Sequence record: LC765218.1
DNA from: Pseudomonas phage BRkr
Direction: 5' to 3' (one strand)
DNA: 64,000 nucleotides
The translations under genes and the position numbers were made by a program. This document shows, piece by piece, positions 8,935 to 18,066 of this stretch. The stretch's first letter is position 1. Each line of letters starts with the position of its first letter. The notes below the pieces were generated by a model. It made no database searches. It saw only the letters and a list, made by a program, of their open reading frames with translations, and was not told the origin of the DNA.

Positions 8935-10290
8935 ATGACGATTGAAATGGATGAATTGAAACCGATCCGCGAAGGTTTTGGTGTAGTAGAAGAAACTCGT
9001 AAGCTTGCACGCATTGTTGAGATCGATGATGTTGTGAAACACCCTAATGCCGATGCTCTGGAATTGGCTATTGTTGGTGGTTGGCAACTTTGTGTAAAGA
9101 TGGGCGAATATAAGAAAGGTGATCGCGCTATTTACTGCGAGATTGATTCTCTTCTTCCTCTGGATAACGTTAAGCTCTTCGGTTTTCTTGAGAGCCGTCG
9201 GTCCGACAATCGACGTGTAGACGGTAAAAACTATCATCGTTTGAAAACTATCAAGCTTCGTAAAGAGCTCTCTCAAGGACTACTGGTTCCGATTCCCGAT
9301 GAGTTCAAAGATGAACCCGTTGATACTAACCTGACCCTGAAGCTGGGTATCCTTAAGTACGAGTCTGCTCCTCCGATGGTATCGAAGGCTCATGCAGCAC
9401 GTAACGCTCCGTGGATCGTTAAGCTTGGTGCCAAGCTGATTGGTAATCTGGGTGGCGCTCTGAAACCGTGGCCTGAGATGCTAACTAAGTCCGATCAAGA
9501 CCGCATTCAGAATAAGACCGTTGCGTTTTATAACCTGAAAGAAGACGGTGATGACATGGAAGTTACCTATAAGCTGGATGGTAGCTCCATGACCGTATTC
9601 TGTGTCGATGACAAAGGTATTCGTACTGGCGTTTGTTCGCGGAACTACGAACTCGGAATGGGTGGTGAGAAGTGGGGATTCATCCAGCAGCTTCGGTATT
9701 GGGTTGGTAACTTCCTTATCCGTAACCGTAATCTGTTCCGTAAGAAGACCTGGGTTACTCCAGAAGGTAAACTTCGTAATGGTATTATTCTGCCCCTTTG
9801 GACGAAAGGTACCGCTATCGAAGACAATAACTTCGTACGTGTAACTAACCAACAACAGATCATCGAACGTCTTCTCAAGTTCCACAAGAACACCGGTCGC
9901 TTCATTTCTGTACAAGGGGAACTGATTGGACCATCTATTCAAGATAACTTTGAAGAAGTGGCTGATTACGATTATTACATCTTCAACGTATATGAGGATG
10001 GTAATCGTGAACTCCTGCCGGCCGAAGCACGAGCTGTTGTAAAAGACCTTGGTCTGAATTATGTTCCCGTACTTGACCCGTGCTGGAAACCTTCTAAGGA
10101 AATGTCTGTTAAAGATGTTCTCGCTATGGCTGAAGGTCCATCTGCATTTAAGAACAAGCGCGGATACCGGGAAGGTCTGGTATTTAAGTCCAACCAACGT
10201 GTTCTGTCGTGGAAAGCCATTTCGACTAATTATCTCTTGAAGAAAGAGAAAGAAGAAGAGAAAGCAGCTGCTAAAGAAGACGCTGTATAA
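8935..10290 (+). CDS. ATP-dependent RNA ligase with N-terminal tRNA-binding-like OB domain
   Basis: Nucleotidyltransferase motif I TYKLDGSS (KxDG); N-terminal VKHPNADALELAIVGGWQLCV resembles the hpnADkL tRNA-binding OB fold; lysine-rich C-terminus. Confidence 0.8.
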   Translation: MTIEMDELKPIREGFGVVEETRKLARIVEIDDVVKHPNADALELAIVGGWQLCVKMGEYKKGDRAIYCEIDSLLPLDNVKLFGFLESRRSDNRRVDGKNYHRLKTIKLRKELSQGLLVPIPDEFKDEPVDTNLTLKLGILKYESAPPMVSKAHAARNAPWIVKLGAKLIGNLGGALKPWPEMLTKSDQDRIQNKTVAFYNLKEDGDDMEVTYKLDGSSMTVFCVDDKGIRTGVCSRNYELGMGGEKWGFIQQLRYWVGNFLIRNRNLFRKKTWVTPEGKLRNGIILPLWTKGTAIEDNNFVRVTNQQQIIERLLKFHKNTGRFISVQGELIGPSIQDNFEEVADYDYYIFNVYEDGNRELLPAEARAVVKDLGLNYVPVLDPCWKPSKEMSVKDVLAMAEGPSAFKNKRGYREGLVFKSNQRVLSWKAISTNYLLKKEKEEEKAAAKEDAV

Positions 10291-10299
10291 CGACATAAA

Positions 10300-10327
10300 G
10301 GGAGCTCTAGCTCCCTTTTTATTTTTG
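10300..10327 (+). terminator. hairpin GGGAGC-TCTA-GCTCCC + T-run
   Basis: stem plus TTTTTATTTTT. Confidence 0.7.
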
Positions 10328-10343
10328 TCAAGAAGGTGAATAT

Positions 10344-10730
10344 ATGTCACAAGCTCTAAAATTCCTGACTCGTAATTTGGATAGTGAAGAACTATACCTG
10401 ATATTGAACTGGAAGACCGATAAGGTTCTCTCTCCTATTCTTCAGACAGTTGGTATCCTATCTGAAGAAATGGGTGAAGAAGGGCGACGCGTCTACTATA
10501 AGTTCGATAACGCCATTTGGAAACTTTGTCGACTTATCCGGGCCGAACATAATCTTCCAGAGTTCCAAGAAGATCTCATCAGTGTTGTTCGCAACTACTT
10601 TAAGTTTATCTGGCGTGACGATGGATTCAATATTGTTATCTTTGAAGAACCTGGATATGCTCGTGTCGAGTATAGTACTACCATTGACGTAATGGACATC
10701 TTCCATGAAGGTAAACCTCGTCGGCTCTAA
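10344..10730 (+). CDS. hypothetical protein
   Basis: ATG with RBS AAGGTG. Confidence 0.6.
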   Translation: MSQALKFLTRNLDSEELYLILNWKTDKVLSPILQTVGILSEEMGEEGRRVYYKFDNAIWKLCRLIRAEHNLPEFQEDLISVVRNYFKFIWRDDGFNIVIFEEPGYARVEYSTTIDVMDIFHEGKPRRL

Positions 10731-10986
10731 GAAAACCATAACTGCATTGCTGTATAACAACAATGTATATTCGTTTGCTTTCTTTGCTGAGACAATCAGG
10801 AAAGCTATTGAAGCGTATGACCCAAATCAGCGCTTCACCATCAGCTATCGTCGTTATATGCCACTATGGCAGAAAATCCGGATGACGATATTCCGCCAAT
10901 ACTCGGATCAGATGTATGTCAATCAAATAAGGATCCAGCTTCAGACGGACAAAACCTGGGAAACTATTCTTGACGTAGAGGGATAA
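10705..10986 (+). CDS. hypothetical protein
   Basis: ATG at 10705, overlaps previous ORF by 26 nt. Confidence 0.4.
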   Translation: MKVNLVGSKKTITALLYNNNVYSFAFFAETIRKAIEAYDPNQRFTISYRRYMPLWQKIRMTIFRQYSDQMYVNQIRIQLQTDKTWETILDVEG

Positions 10987-10988
10987 AC

Positions 10989-11438
10989 ATGTCAATATTT
11001 TACCGTTACGCTAGTCAACCTAAAACAGAAATTGTTTGGTGGAATCCCATTAGTTGGATTAAACGTGGTTGGCAAGAACTCACCACAGCTAATGCATCTG
11101 ATGGACACACGTTCTTTACAGCGTTATATTTCTGTTCTCTCCTTCTGTCAATGTGGTTGATCCATATTCTATTCGTGGGTTGGTTCCGTTGTCTGTTTAT
11201 ACCTCGGTGTTGGATTGGTCGAGTTGATCAGCTGAAGGAAGGTTACATTTATGATTGGGGTACTTACACGAAAGAGGCTAGAGAATGTATTCTAGCTAAT
11301 TCTGATAGCCCTCACGCAATTGTAAAAATCGTTGAACGAGTTAATCCAATCTTCATGGCAGATGAAGGTTTCTGTAGTATATACTCACCTAACTACAAAT
11401 GGAAACGAAGCTGGCGTGAACTTTTTTCTCGGAATTAG
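10989..11438 (+). CDS. hypothetical protein with one TM segment
   Basis: RBS GAGGGA; hydrophobic ALYFCSLLLSMWLIHILFVGWF. Confidence 0.55.
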   Translation: MSIFYRYASQPKTEIVWWNPISWIKRGWQELTTANASDGHTFFTALYFCSLLLSMWLIHILFVGWFRCLFIPRCWIGRVDQLKEGYIYDWGTYTKEARECILANSDSPHAIVKIVERVNPIFMADEGFCSIYSPNYKWKRSWRELFSRN

Positions 11439-11490
11439 AAAATACCGAGTTAACTGATAATGTGTTATTAACTATAAACAGGAAACGAAA

Positions 11491-12048
11491 ATGTCTCAAG
11501 AAATCGATTTGACTGTATCTCCGCTGGAACCTCGTAAAGAGACTCCCCTACAACCGACTGACGTTTTTGACATCGTCCGTAAGTGTGGTCTTACTGAAGA
11601 CTTTAAACGTCTCTGCTATGAAGATGCCACTCCAGAAGAACTCGATTTTAATCCTGACGTAGTTACTGTCTACCGTCATGATCTCGGATTGAAATTCCTT
11701 CGTGGTAAAAATCTGCCGACTACGCTGGAAGATCTGAAGGATCGAACTGAAGTTCTGTTTGAAACCATGACTGCTGGTAAGATTGACTATAAAGCCGGTG
11801 AAATGATTGTTCTTTTCCCTCGCCCTGTTTATAGTGGTAGCGATCTTAAAAATAACATGGTCATTGCCATTGTTAAAGAAGACTTTAAGTTCGAATCTGA
11901 CGTAGATCTTAACTGTGGCGGCGAAGAGAATTTCGAAATTGCGATGCGCCCCTATGTAGAAGGTGGACAACTGGAACTGGTTACTAATCCTGGTCTTCGT
12001 GTGTATAGCGCGTATGAACGTTGGACTTTCCTGGAACGGTTTAAATGA
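11491..12048 (+). CDS. hypothetical protein
   Basis: RBS GGAAA; ATGA overlap with next gene. Confidence 0.6.
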   Translation: MSQEIDLTVSPLEPRKETPLQPTDVFDIVRKCGLTEDFKRLCYEDATPEELDFNPDVVTVYRHDLGLKFLRGKNLPTTLEDLKDRTEVLFETMTAGKIDYKAGEMIVLFPRPVYSGSDLKNNMVIAIVKEDFKFESDVDLNCGGEENFEIAMRPYVEGGQLELVTNPGLRVYSAYERWTFLERFK

Positions 12049-12614
12049 AAATTCTTGAACAACTGACACAAAAAGGTCTGCTTGACGAATTCATTTCTGA
12101 ATTTTGTACGACCTCTGCTCTCGGTCCACAAGTTATTTCAGATCGTCTTCCCGATGCCAAGAAATGGTTGGAAAGTCATTCTATCACATTTGAGTCGAAG
12201 GGGAGCATCGAAAGAACCCCTCGGCTCATTGCAGAATCTGATTTCCGTATTGATCAATGGATGCGTGTTGTAAACAATAAGCTGGACTATCTTGAGACAG
12301 CTTATGATAAAGCAATTGAACAAGGGGTTAGTCTAAATAACAGCTTCTTCAATTACGATATCAGTGTCCTGTATACTCTTGATAAAAAGCGTCTAGATGC
12401 TTACCCAATAACTGTCGCTCGGGTTAGAGCCTTTGCAGAGAAGATCGGTGCGCAACCTTATCGTCTTCTTAATGGCGATATTAATACGAGGATAGCTTAT
12501 GAGGAAGAATACTACGCCGCGTACGTCAAGGAACCATATAAGGCGATCATGGGAAACCCCGACTACTACAAGGAAACCATCGAAGCCGCGAATGAATGCT
12601 ACGGACGTCCGTGA
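12045..12614 (+). CDS. hypothetical protein
   Basis: ATGA-coupled ORF. Confidence 0.6.
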   Translation: MKILEQLTQKGLLDEFISEFCTTSALGPQVISDRLPDAKKWLESHSITFESKGSIERTPRLIAESDFRIDQWMRVVNNKLDYLETAYDKAIEQGVSLNNSFFNYDISVLYTLDKKRLDAYPITVARVRAFAEKIGAQPYRLLNGDINTRIAYEEEYYAAYVKEPYKAIMGNPDYYKETIEAANECYGRP

Positions 12615-12870
12615 TATTTATCGCGACATCGAATCGTTAGTTCCTGTCCCACCTCCATTGAAAGAACCAATTCCAGTGAGTGTCGATCCAGTCTATTCGA
12701 CGATAGACATAGATTGGAATGAGAAGAAATCTGGTGTCAAGTTTGTACCCAGAGAACGATTCAATCTGTTTGACGGTATATCGCCGTGGACATGGTTCTG
12801 CATCGCCTTTCTCTCTGGATGTTGGATTGGTATCGAAATCATTAGCGCTTACTTAACGAGGTCATTATGA
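12592..12870 (+). CDS. hypothetical small protein with C-terminal TM segment
   Basis: ATG at 12592 within alternative-frame ORF 12499..12870; ATGA overlap with next gene. Confidence 0.4.
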   Translation: MNATDVRDIYRDIESLVPVPPPLKEPIPVSVDPVYSTIDIDWNEKKSGVKFVPRERFNLFDGISPWTWFCIAFLSGCWIGIEIISAYLTRSL

Positions 12871-13178
12871 GTCTGCTCCTTTCTGCTTGTCAACGACTGC
12901 ATGCTATCGCCACTGTTGGTTTCCCCAACTATCTAAAAGATCGAGCTACTTTTGTTGGAGATAAGGAGTATATTCTCCAGGTAATTGCACATTTCGAAAA
13001 GTATCACTGGACTGAACAGTTGAGTGAAGCTATCAATGATTATGTACGCAGTCGTAAGAAAGCGCGTACATGGACAGTCACCGTTGTACCTTCGATTCTT
13101 CAACCTGGTACAGCTCTGTTTAAGTTCAAAGGTGACGATGGTAGTACTCTTTCTATTCGCATTAGGAAAGCTCTATGA
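12867..13178 (+). CDS. hypothetical protein
   Basis: RBS GAGGT. Confidence 0.55.
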   Translation: MSLLLSACQRLHAIATVGFPNYLKDRATFVGDKEYILQVIAHFEKYHWTEQLSEAINDYVRSRKKARTWTVTVVPSILQPGTALFKFKGDDGSTLSIRIRKAL

Positions 13179-13238
13179 GAGACGATTATGAAGGTTTCTG
13201 ATTCTTGGGAAGACTACATCTTCTCTTAACGTCATATA

Positions 13239-13258
13239 AGCCCGGCGTTAGCTGGGCT
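13239..13258 (+). terminator. hairpin AGCCCGGC-GTTA-GCTGGGCT + TTTAT
   Basis: 8 bp stem with one G-U pair. Confidence 0.5.
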
Positions 13259-13280
13259 TTATATCGATTAGGGTATTCCG

Positions 13281-13748
13281 ATGTCAGCAAAAAATAAAAT
13301 CAACATAGATCTATACGAAGTGTATCTCCGCTTCATTTATTTGAATCAGGCGATAAAACTTCCACGTACTGAATTCGAGCAATTCAAAAAAGAGTTTGTC
13401 AGAAAGGTACGCTATTTTTATAAAAACGTAACCAGAGCTCCTCTCATCTGGAACAATAGTCATTATCTCGTTCAACTTTACAGAGTAATGGTTGAAGAAG
13501 ATAAAGAAGCTATTCAAAAAGAAATTCAAACCGAACTCGATTGGCTGTTCGATATTTGTCGTATTTGGATCGACTCTCCTAATTGGAATGGAGTCGGTGT
13601 AGATGAGTATGTTTACCGAACAGATCTATTCCATATCGAATCTTATTACAGATGGGTTTGGAATAGAAGGGCAGAAATTGTTTATCCTCCCTTCTCAGAA
13701 ATCAAAGAAATCTACATCGCCATCGAAAAAGAACTTGAAGGAAAATAA
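13281..13748 (+). CDS. hypothetical protein
   Basis: ATG after terminator. Confidence 0.55.
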   Translation: MSAKNKINIDLYEVYLRFIYLNQAIKLPRTEFEQFKKEFVRKVRYFYKNVTRAPLIWNNSHYLVQLYRVMVEEDKEAIQKEIQTELDWLFDICRIWIDSPNWNGVGVDEYVYRTDLFHIESYYRWVWNRRAEIVYPPFSEIKEIYIAIEKELEGK

Positions 13749-13749
13749 A

Positions 13750-14310
13750 ATGCAATCCAACAGTATCCGTAATCAAATCCTCGTTATGACCGATGACCCT
13801 GCTACCAGCCTGGCTATTCGCAATGTGCTTTCTAATGGGTTGACATCTCTTGGTCTTAACCACGAAGTAATGCACACCGGTCGTGAAGACTATGATAATC
13901 TCGATCCCGCTGTAATCTTGGGTAAGTTCAAAGAAGACAAGTATCATCTCACTGTCAGTGAACATGCTATTCATCCATGTGGAACCAAAGTGTCTCCACC
14001 GGTGAATAATGCAATTAACCCACTTTGGAGTAAAGAACTCCGCATTGCTGTTCTTGGTGGTACTCATCGTGGTAAATTAATTCTGTGTAGCGCCATTTAC
14101 CACATTCTGGTAGAACACCTGAAACTGGTTGATGCTAACAAGTTCACTCTACGTGATATCGATGGTCCTCGTTTCGCCATCGAGTGTCCTCTTGGTACAG
14201 AGCATTGGCCTGCTGCGGCTGAAGCCATTAGTCGTTGGGGTATCGATCTGCGTTCGGTGTTCCTGGAATCTACCCAGAGTCTCGATCCGATTCTGCGTCG
14301 CTCCATCTGA
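13750..14310 (+). CDS. hypothetical protein
   Basis: ATG 1 nt after upstream stop (track ORF 13603 starts inside previous gene). Confidence 0.55.
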   Translation: MQSNSIRNQILVMTDDPATSLAIRNVLSNGLTSLGLNHEVMHTGREDYDNLDPAVILGKFKEDKYHLTVSEHAIHPCGTKVSPPVNNAINPLWSKELRIAVLGGTHRGKLILCSAIYHILVEHLKLVDANKFTLRDIDGPRFAIECPLGTEHWPAAAEAISRWGIDLRSVFLESTQSLDPILRRSI

Positions 14311-14315
14311 ATCAC

Positions 14316-14350
14316 GGGGAGCTTCGGCTCCCCTTTGTTCTTTTCTTTTT
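14316..14350 (+). terminator. hairpin GGGGAGC-TTCG-GCTCCCC + T-rich tract
   Basis: identical stem to 8251 hairpin. Confidence 0.7.
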
Positions 14351-14373
14351 TTGCATTTAAATACATTAAAAAC

Positions 14374-14382
14374 CTATATTAC
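14374..14382 (+). promoter_or_regulatory. CTATATTAC motif followed by TTTGATATT (extended -10-like)
   Basis: recurrent intergenic motif. Confidence 0.45.
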
Positions 14383-14454
14383 CAATTTGATATTCGTAAA
14401 GATATCATTCAAATACGTAAAGAAGATCATCGATAGTCCATAGAGGAATGTTCC

Positions 14455-14859
14455 ATGAACACCGAAATCCAAACCAGCGTACATATCACCATTCTGCAAC
14501 GCATTGCAGAAGCTGTATTCGTTTACTATAATAACGCTTTCCGTCGTGAAGCTGCTAATGCCCTCCCCACTGTTGAGGTTGGTGACGCTACTGTTACCTT
14601 CCATCATCGCTCCGTTGATCGTCGCCTGAGCTATGTCGTTGCTGAAGTAAAGGTATCTGATCGTCTGTGGAACGTCGTACAGGAATATAGCTATGGCGTC
14701 CCTGGTGGCATTGACTTCCAACTAGTTGGAGGTACAGTTTCTGATGACATCATTTCGGATATGGAAGAAGTGAACAGTTTGTTTACAGAGGCAGTTGCAT
14801 ACTGTTCCTCTAACTTCGATCAATACGGTAAACCTATCACGGTTAAAACTAAAGTCTAA
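14455..14859 (+). CDS. hypothetical protein
   Basis: RBS AGAGGAA. Confidence 0.6.
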   Translation: MNTEIQTSVHITILQRIAEAVFVYYNNAFRREAANALPTVEVGDATVTFHHRSVDRRLSYVVAEVKVSDRLWNVVQEYSYGVPGGIDFQLVGGTVSDDIISDMEEVNSLFTEAVAYCSSNFDQYGKPITVKTKV

Positions 14860-14895
14860 CTGTTTCTTCTAACCCACATTGCAAGGATTTAATTT

Positions 14896-15234
14896 ATGGA
14901 TACCGATAAGCGTTATCAAGAGCTGTGGAAGAAAACAATAGTCATGGTTGTCACCGATACGGTCATGTCGCATCCAAGTTGCTTGGATAAAGAGCATGTA
15001 CATTTCTGCGATGGGACACAGGTGATAATCGGTGATACCAGTTTTGATCCGGAAGTAAAAACCTGGACAATCGCCGTAGGTACCGGTCCTGGTATCCTTC
15101 ACTTCGATGTGACCGTTCATGACGGTGGCGTAATAATTAATGACTACGCTAGTCGCGGTTGTATCGAATCTGCTGAGCTATACCGTGACTGTGCGCAGGT
15201 TCTTGTGAAATGGGCCGAGTATGTAACTCGATAA
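14896..15234 (+). CDS. hypothetical protein
   Basis: RBS AAGGA. Confidence 0.55.
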   Translation: MDTDKRYQELWKKTIVMVVTDTVMSHPSCLDKEHVHFCDGTQVIIGDTSFDPEVKTWTIAVGTGPGILHFDVTVHDGGVIINDYASRGCIESAELYRDCAQVLVKWAEYVTR

Positions 15235-15244
15235 GGAAAAAGTA

Positions 15245-15637
15245 ATGGATCAAGAATTCCATCGCCTTCGTCGTAATGAACTTTATATCCTTGAACACGA
15301 TGCAATCTCAATGGCATTGTTCAGGTTCATTCTCGATAAAGTTACACCAGAGAAGCTTCCATATATCCTCAACAACATCACTGGTCCAGATAACCACTCG
15401 GTTGATGTGAGGATTGATTGGAAATCTGAAGCACCAGAACGTTTCATCGTTCATATCACGGCAACTCGTGACAAAGAGACATCTTGGATCGAATATGAAT
15501 TCGACATAGACTGCATGAACCATTTGACGATCTTTAAGAAATATCGTCAAGGAAGTCGCTCCGAGGGTTGGATGAGAAGTCTTCTTCATGAAGTGCTTCG
15601 CTACGTAGCCCAGAACTGCGATGCATTAAAAGCTTAA
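15245..15637 (+). CDS. hypothetical protein
   Basis: RBS AAGGAAAAA. Confidence 0.55.
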   Translation: MDQEFHRLRRNELYILEHDAISMALFRFILDKVTPEKLPYILNNITGPDNHSVDVRIDWKSEAPERFIVHITATRDKETSWIEYEFDIDCMNHLTIFKKYRQGSRSEGWMRSLLHEVLRYVAQNCDALKA

Positions 15638-15658
15638 GGTGCATAAAGCCCTCTCCTT

Positions 15659-15678
15659 CGGGAGAGGGTACTCTATCT
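15659..15678 (+). terminator. hairpin CCCTCTCC-TTCG-GGAGAGGG
   Basis: perfect 8 bp stem, UUCG loop. Confidence 0.65.
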
Positions 15679-15752
15679 TTTTCTTTACCGTTAAAGATTA
15701 TCTCAGATCTACATCATGTAGATGATCATGAACTCATTACTAGGAGGTGTCC

Positions 15753-16232
15753 ATGATAGAACTACATCCTATTTTGGAGGCGGTTGTACTTACAGCCATC
15801 CGTTCTTCTACCATGGCATGCGGTAGAGCGGACGAGCTTGAAGAGGAATATAGGGCATTCTTTGCCGAGCCTCAATTTAAGCGCCGGATTCCAATTAAAG
15901 ATAAGAAACATTGGTTCACAGTTGAAAGTGGTCAACAATTCCTTTATCGTGAACACGTGCTTGATTTAATGAGCGGTGTGGACGATGAGGATGATGACGA
16001 CGAAGACCTCGATGATACCCTAGACGAAGAGGATATGTCCAAACTTCGATTCTATCAATTGCAGATTGAAGATGGTCCGATCTATTATGGTTCATTCGAT
16101 CCGCTTGATCTAATCGATCTTGAAGATGCATATGAAACGGGTATTCTCCAAACTAAAACTTGGATGGACGTAATTCTCGTTAATTGTGGATTCTTTGTTG
16201 ATCCTAACGAGAAGATCCTTTTTCCTCAATAG
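15753..16232 (+). CDS. hypothetical acidic protein (DDEDDDDEDLDD tract)
   Basis: ATG at 15753 with RBS AGGAGG (track start 15747 is GTG). Confidence 0.6.
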   Translation: MIELHPILEAVVLTAIRSSTMACGRADELEEEYRAFFAEPQFKRRIPIKDKKHWFTVESGQQFLYREHVLDLMSGVDDEDDDDEDLDDTLDEEDMSKLRFYQLQIEDGPIYYGSFDPLDLIDLEDAYETGILQTKTWMDVILVNCGFFVDPNEKILFPQ

Positions 16233-16255
16233 TACTAACGCTTAACGTGGAGTAA

Positions 16256-16864
16256 ATGATGGATATTGTAGCAGAAGCATATCAGCAAGTTAAAGCTATC
16301 TTGGATACTCGCATCCCGGCGAACGTGCTTCCGCTATGGAAAGGGCATCACACAGTAGAGTTAGCAGCAGCTATTGGTGTAGGTTATACGATCGGTTCTG
16401 GTGAACGACGTAAAGGTTCTGGGCTACCGGTATGGACACATTTGCACAATGCAGCATCCATCGGTAAAATGTTTGGACTTGGTCCTGGCGAACAGGCTGC
16501 CTTGTGGTTACATGACATCGTCGAAGATAGTAGCTGGACTCTCGATGACGTTCTAACTCATTTCACGCCGTATATCACCAAACTTGTACAAGGTTTAACG
16601 CAGCCGAATTTTGATGCTCCTCGGAAAGTTCGAATCGATGCGTATCATCGGCAATTAGAAGAATGTTGTGACGTTACACAGACGTGCAAACTTATTGAAT
16701 CTCTCACCAACGTGTATGTCATCGTTGATGATGCTCCTAAGTTTGCGCCCGTCTTCCTCAAAGAGAAATTGGACCTCTATAATCGAATGACTAAAGCTCA
16801 TCCGGTAGTAAGAGATGTATTCAAGATTTTCTTAGACGAGGCATTTGCTAAACTGGAGGCTTAA
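16256..16864 (+). CDS. HD-domain phosphohydrolase (small alarmone hydrolase-like)
   Basis: His...Asp motifs HTVELAAAIGV and AALWLHDIVEDS resemble the RelA/SpoT/Mesh1 hydrolase HD domain. Confidence 0.65.
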   Translation: MMDIVAEAYQQVKAILDTRIPANVLPLWKGHHTVELAAAIGVGYTIGSGERRKGSGLPVWTHLHNAASIGKMFGLGPGEQAALWLHDIVEDSSWTLDDVLTHFTPYITKLVQGLTQPNFDAPRKVRIDAYHRQLEECCDVTQTCKLIESLTNVYVIVDDAPKFAPVFLKEKLDLYNRMTKAHPVVRDVFKIFLDEAFAKLEA

Positions 16865-17136
16865 TGTCATACTACCTTGCTTTTATAGTTGGTATAGTAA
16901 CCGCCTATATCTCTGCTTATCATGAGAGTGTAGCGATAGTTATGTTCATAGGTACATCCATCTGGTTCTACCTTTATATACAACTGGAAGCACGTGGTAT
17001 TTGGAAAGATATTTTCAAATGGTCACCCGTGTGGTATAAACGTTGGGTAATTGGACATAACTTTTTGATGCCATGCGTATTCGCTATATGGATTGGCTAT
17101 CTGGTCGGTCCAATTGTAGAGTCGTATGCTATCTAA
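16864..17136 (+). CDS. small membrane protein (about 3 TM segments)
   Basis: TAATG coupling; hydrophobic throughout. Confidence 0.55.
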   Translation: MSYYLAFIVGIVTAYISAYHESVAIVMFIGTSIWFYLYIQLEARGIWKDIFKWSPVWYKRWVIGHNFLMPCVFAIWIGYLVGPIVESYAI

Positions 17137-17141
17137 ACATA

Positions 17142-17161
17142 GTCCTCCCTTCGGGGAGGAC
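17142..17161 (+). terminator. hairpin GTCCTCCC-TTCG-GGGAGGAC
   Basis: perfect stem. Confidence 0.65.
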
Positions 17162-17243
17162 TTTATGTTGGATGGATATTACATTTAAAACATTTGAATC
17201 ACTACATAACAAACTTGACATATACTCAAAAGAGGTTAAGGAG

Positions 17244-17600
17244 ATGAAACGCTATATAATCGCTTTTCTGATCATGATGTTTACTGGTTGCCAACCATCG
17301 TTCGCTGAACGTGATCAACAGATAACCGAAAAATCCTGTAAGATCGCTGTATCTATGTCCCGCGATGTTATCAAGATCTTTCGGAATGGCGGTGACCAGT
17401 TCCAAGCAATGTCCTATTTGAATAAGCGCATGGGCGACACTGATAACGATGACATTCGTACTGGTGCCATCTATGCACAAGTTCTTGTAATAGATATTAA
17501 ACGCAACATAACTAAACGTTTTCCTGATAAAGATATTATTCAGGCCGTAATCGAAAGTTGTGAAGCTAACATGGGTTACAAATTCGCAGGGAGTAAATGA
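17244..17600 (+). CDS. lipoprotein (signal peptide with lipobox FTGC)
   Basis: RBS AAGGAG; N-terminus MKRYIIAFLIMMFTGC. Confidence 0.6.
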   Translation: MKRYIIAFLIMMFTGCQPSFAERDQQITEKSCKIAVSMSRDVIKIFRNGGDQFQAMSYLNKRMGDTDNDDIRTGAIYAQVLVIDIKRNITKRFPDKDIIQAVIESCEANMGYKFAGSK

Positions 17601-18052
17601 ATATGTTCGTTCGTCTTATTGTAGGTTTTGTAATGATAGCGGTAATGAGCGTGGCCAATGCAGCGCCGGTACCTAAAGGTTTCATGCGGGATATCCGGAT
17701 GGTTGACACTGAGCTCTGCGAAAAAGTCGAGATTATCGCGACTGCTCTTGCCATCGATAACATGCAGAGTTCTGTGGGTGCACGGGATCTTTCTCAACAA
17801 GTAGTTACTGCTCTTCTTAATAACGAGAGCAAAGACCCAACCAGTTGGGCAACATTCCATTTCATTTCGGTCTATTCGCCAACGTTGCACGGTAACCTCT
17901 ACAGTAAAACCTACCGGCTTAGCTGGCTTAATCTGAAAGGTAATCTCAGCCAATACCCTGATTTTATTGGCGGTGCAGCTTACCTCGATTGCAAAAAAGC
18001 AATCGGCACTAAGTTCGAATACCTTCGTCCTATTGTAGGTCGCGCCCTTTAA
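17597..18052 (+). CDS. secreted protein (signal peptide)
   Basis: ATGA coupling; N-terminus MNMFVRLIVGFVMIAVMSVANA. Confidence 0.55.
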   Translation: MNMFVRLIVGFVMIAVMSVANAAPVPKGFMRDIRMVDTELCEKVEIIATALAIDNMQSSVGARDLSQQVVTALLNNESKDPTSWATFHFISVYSPTLHGNLYSKTYRLSWLNLKGNLSQYPDFIGGAAYLDCKKAIGTKFEYLRPIVGRAL

Positions 18053-18066
18053 ACTGAGGATATTTC

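Noticed and set aside
12499-12870. Full-length 123-aa ORF in an alternative frame
   Set aside because: Its 5' two-thirds overlap the well-supported gene 12045..12614. Only the downstream portion from ATG 12592 was kept, as a low-confidence small TM protein.
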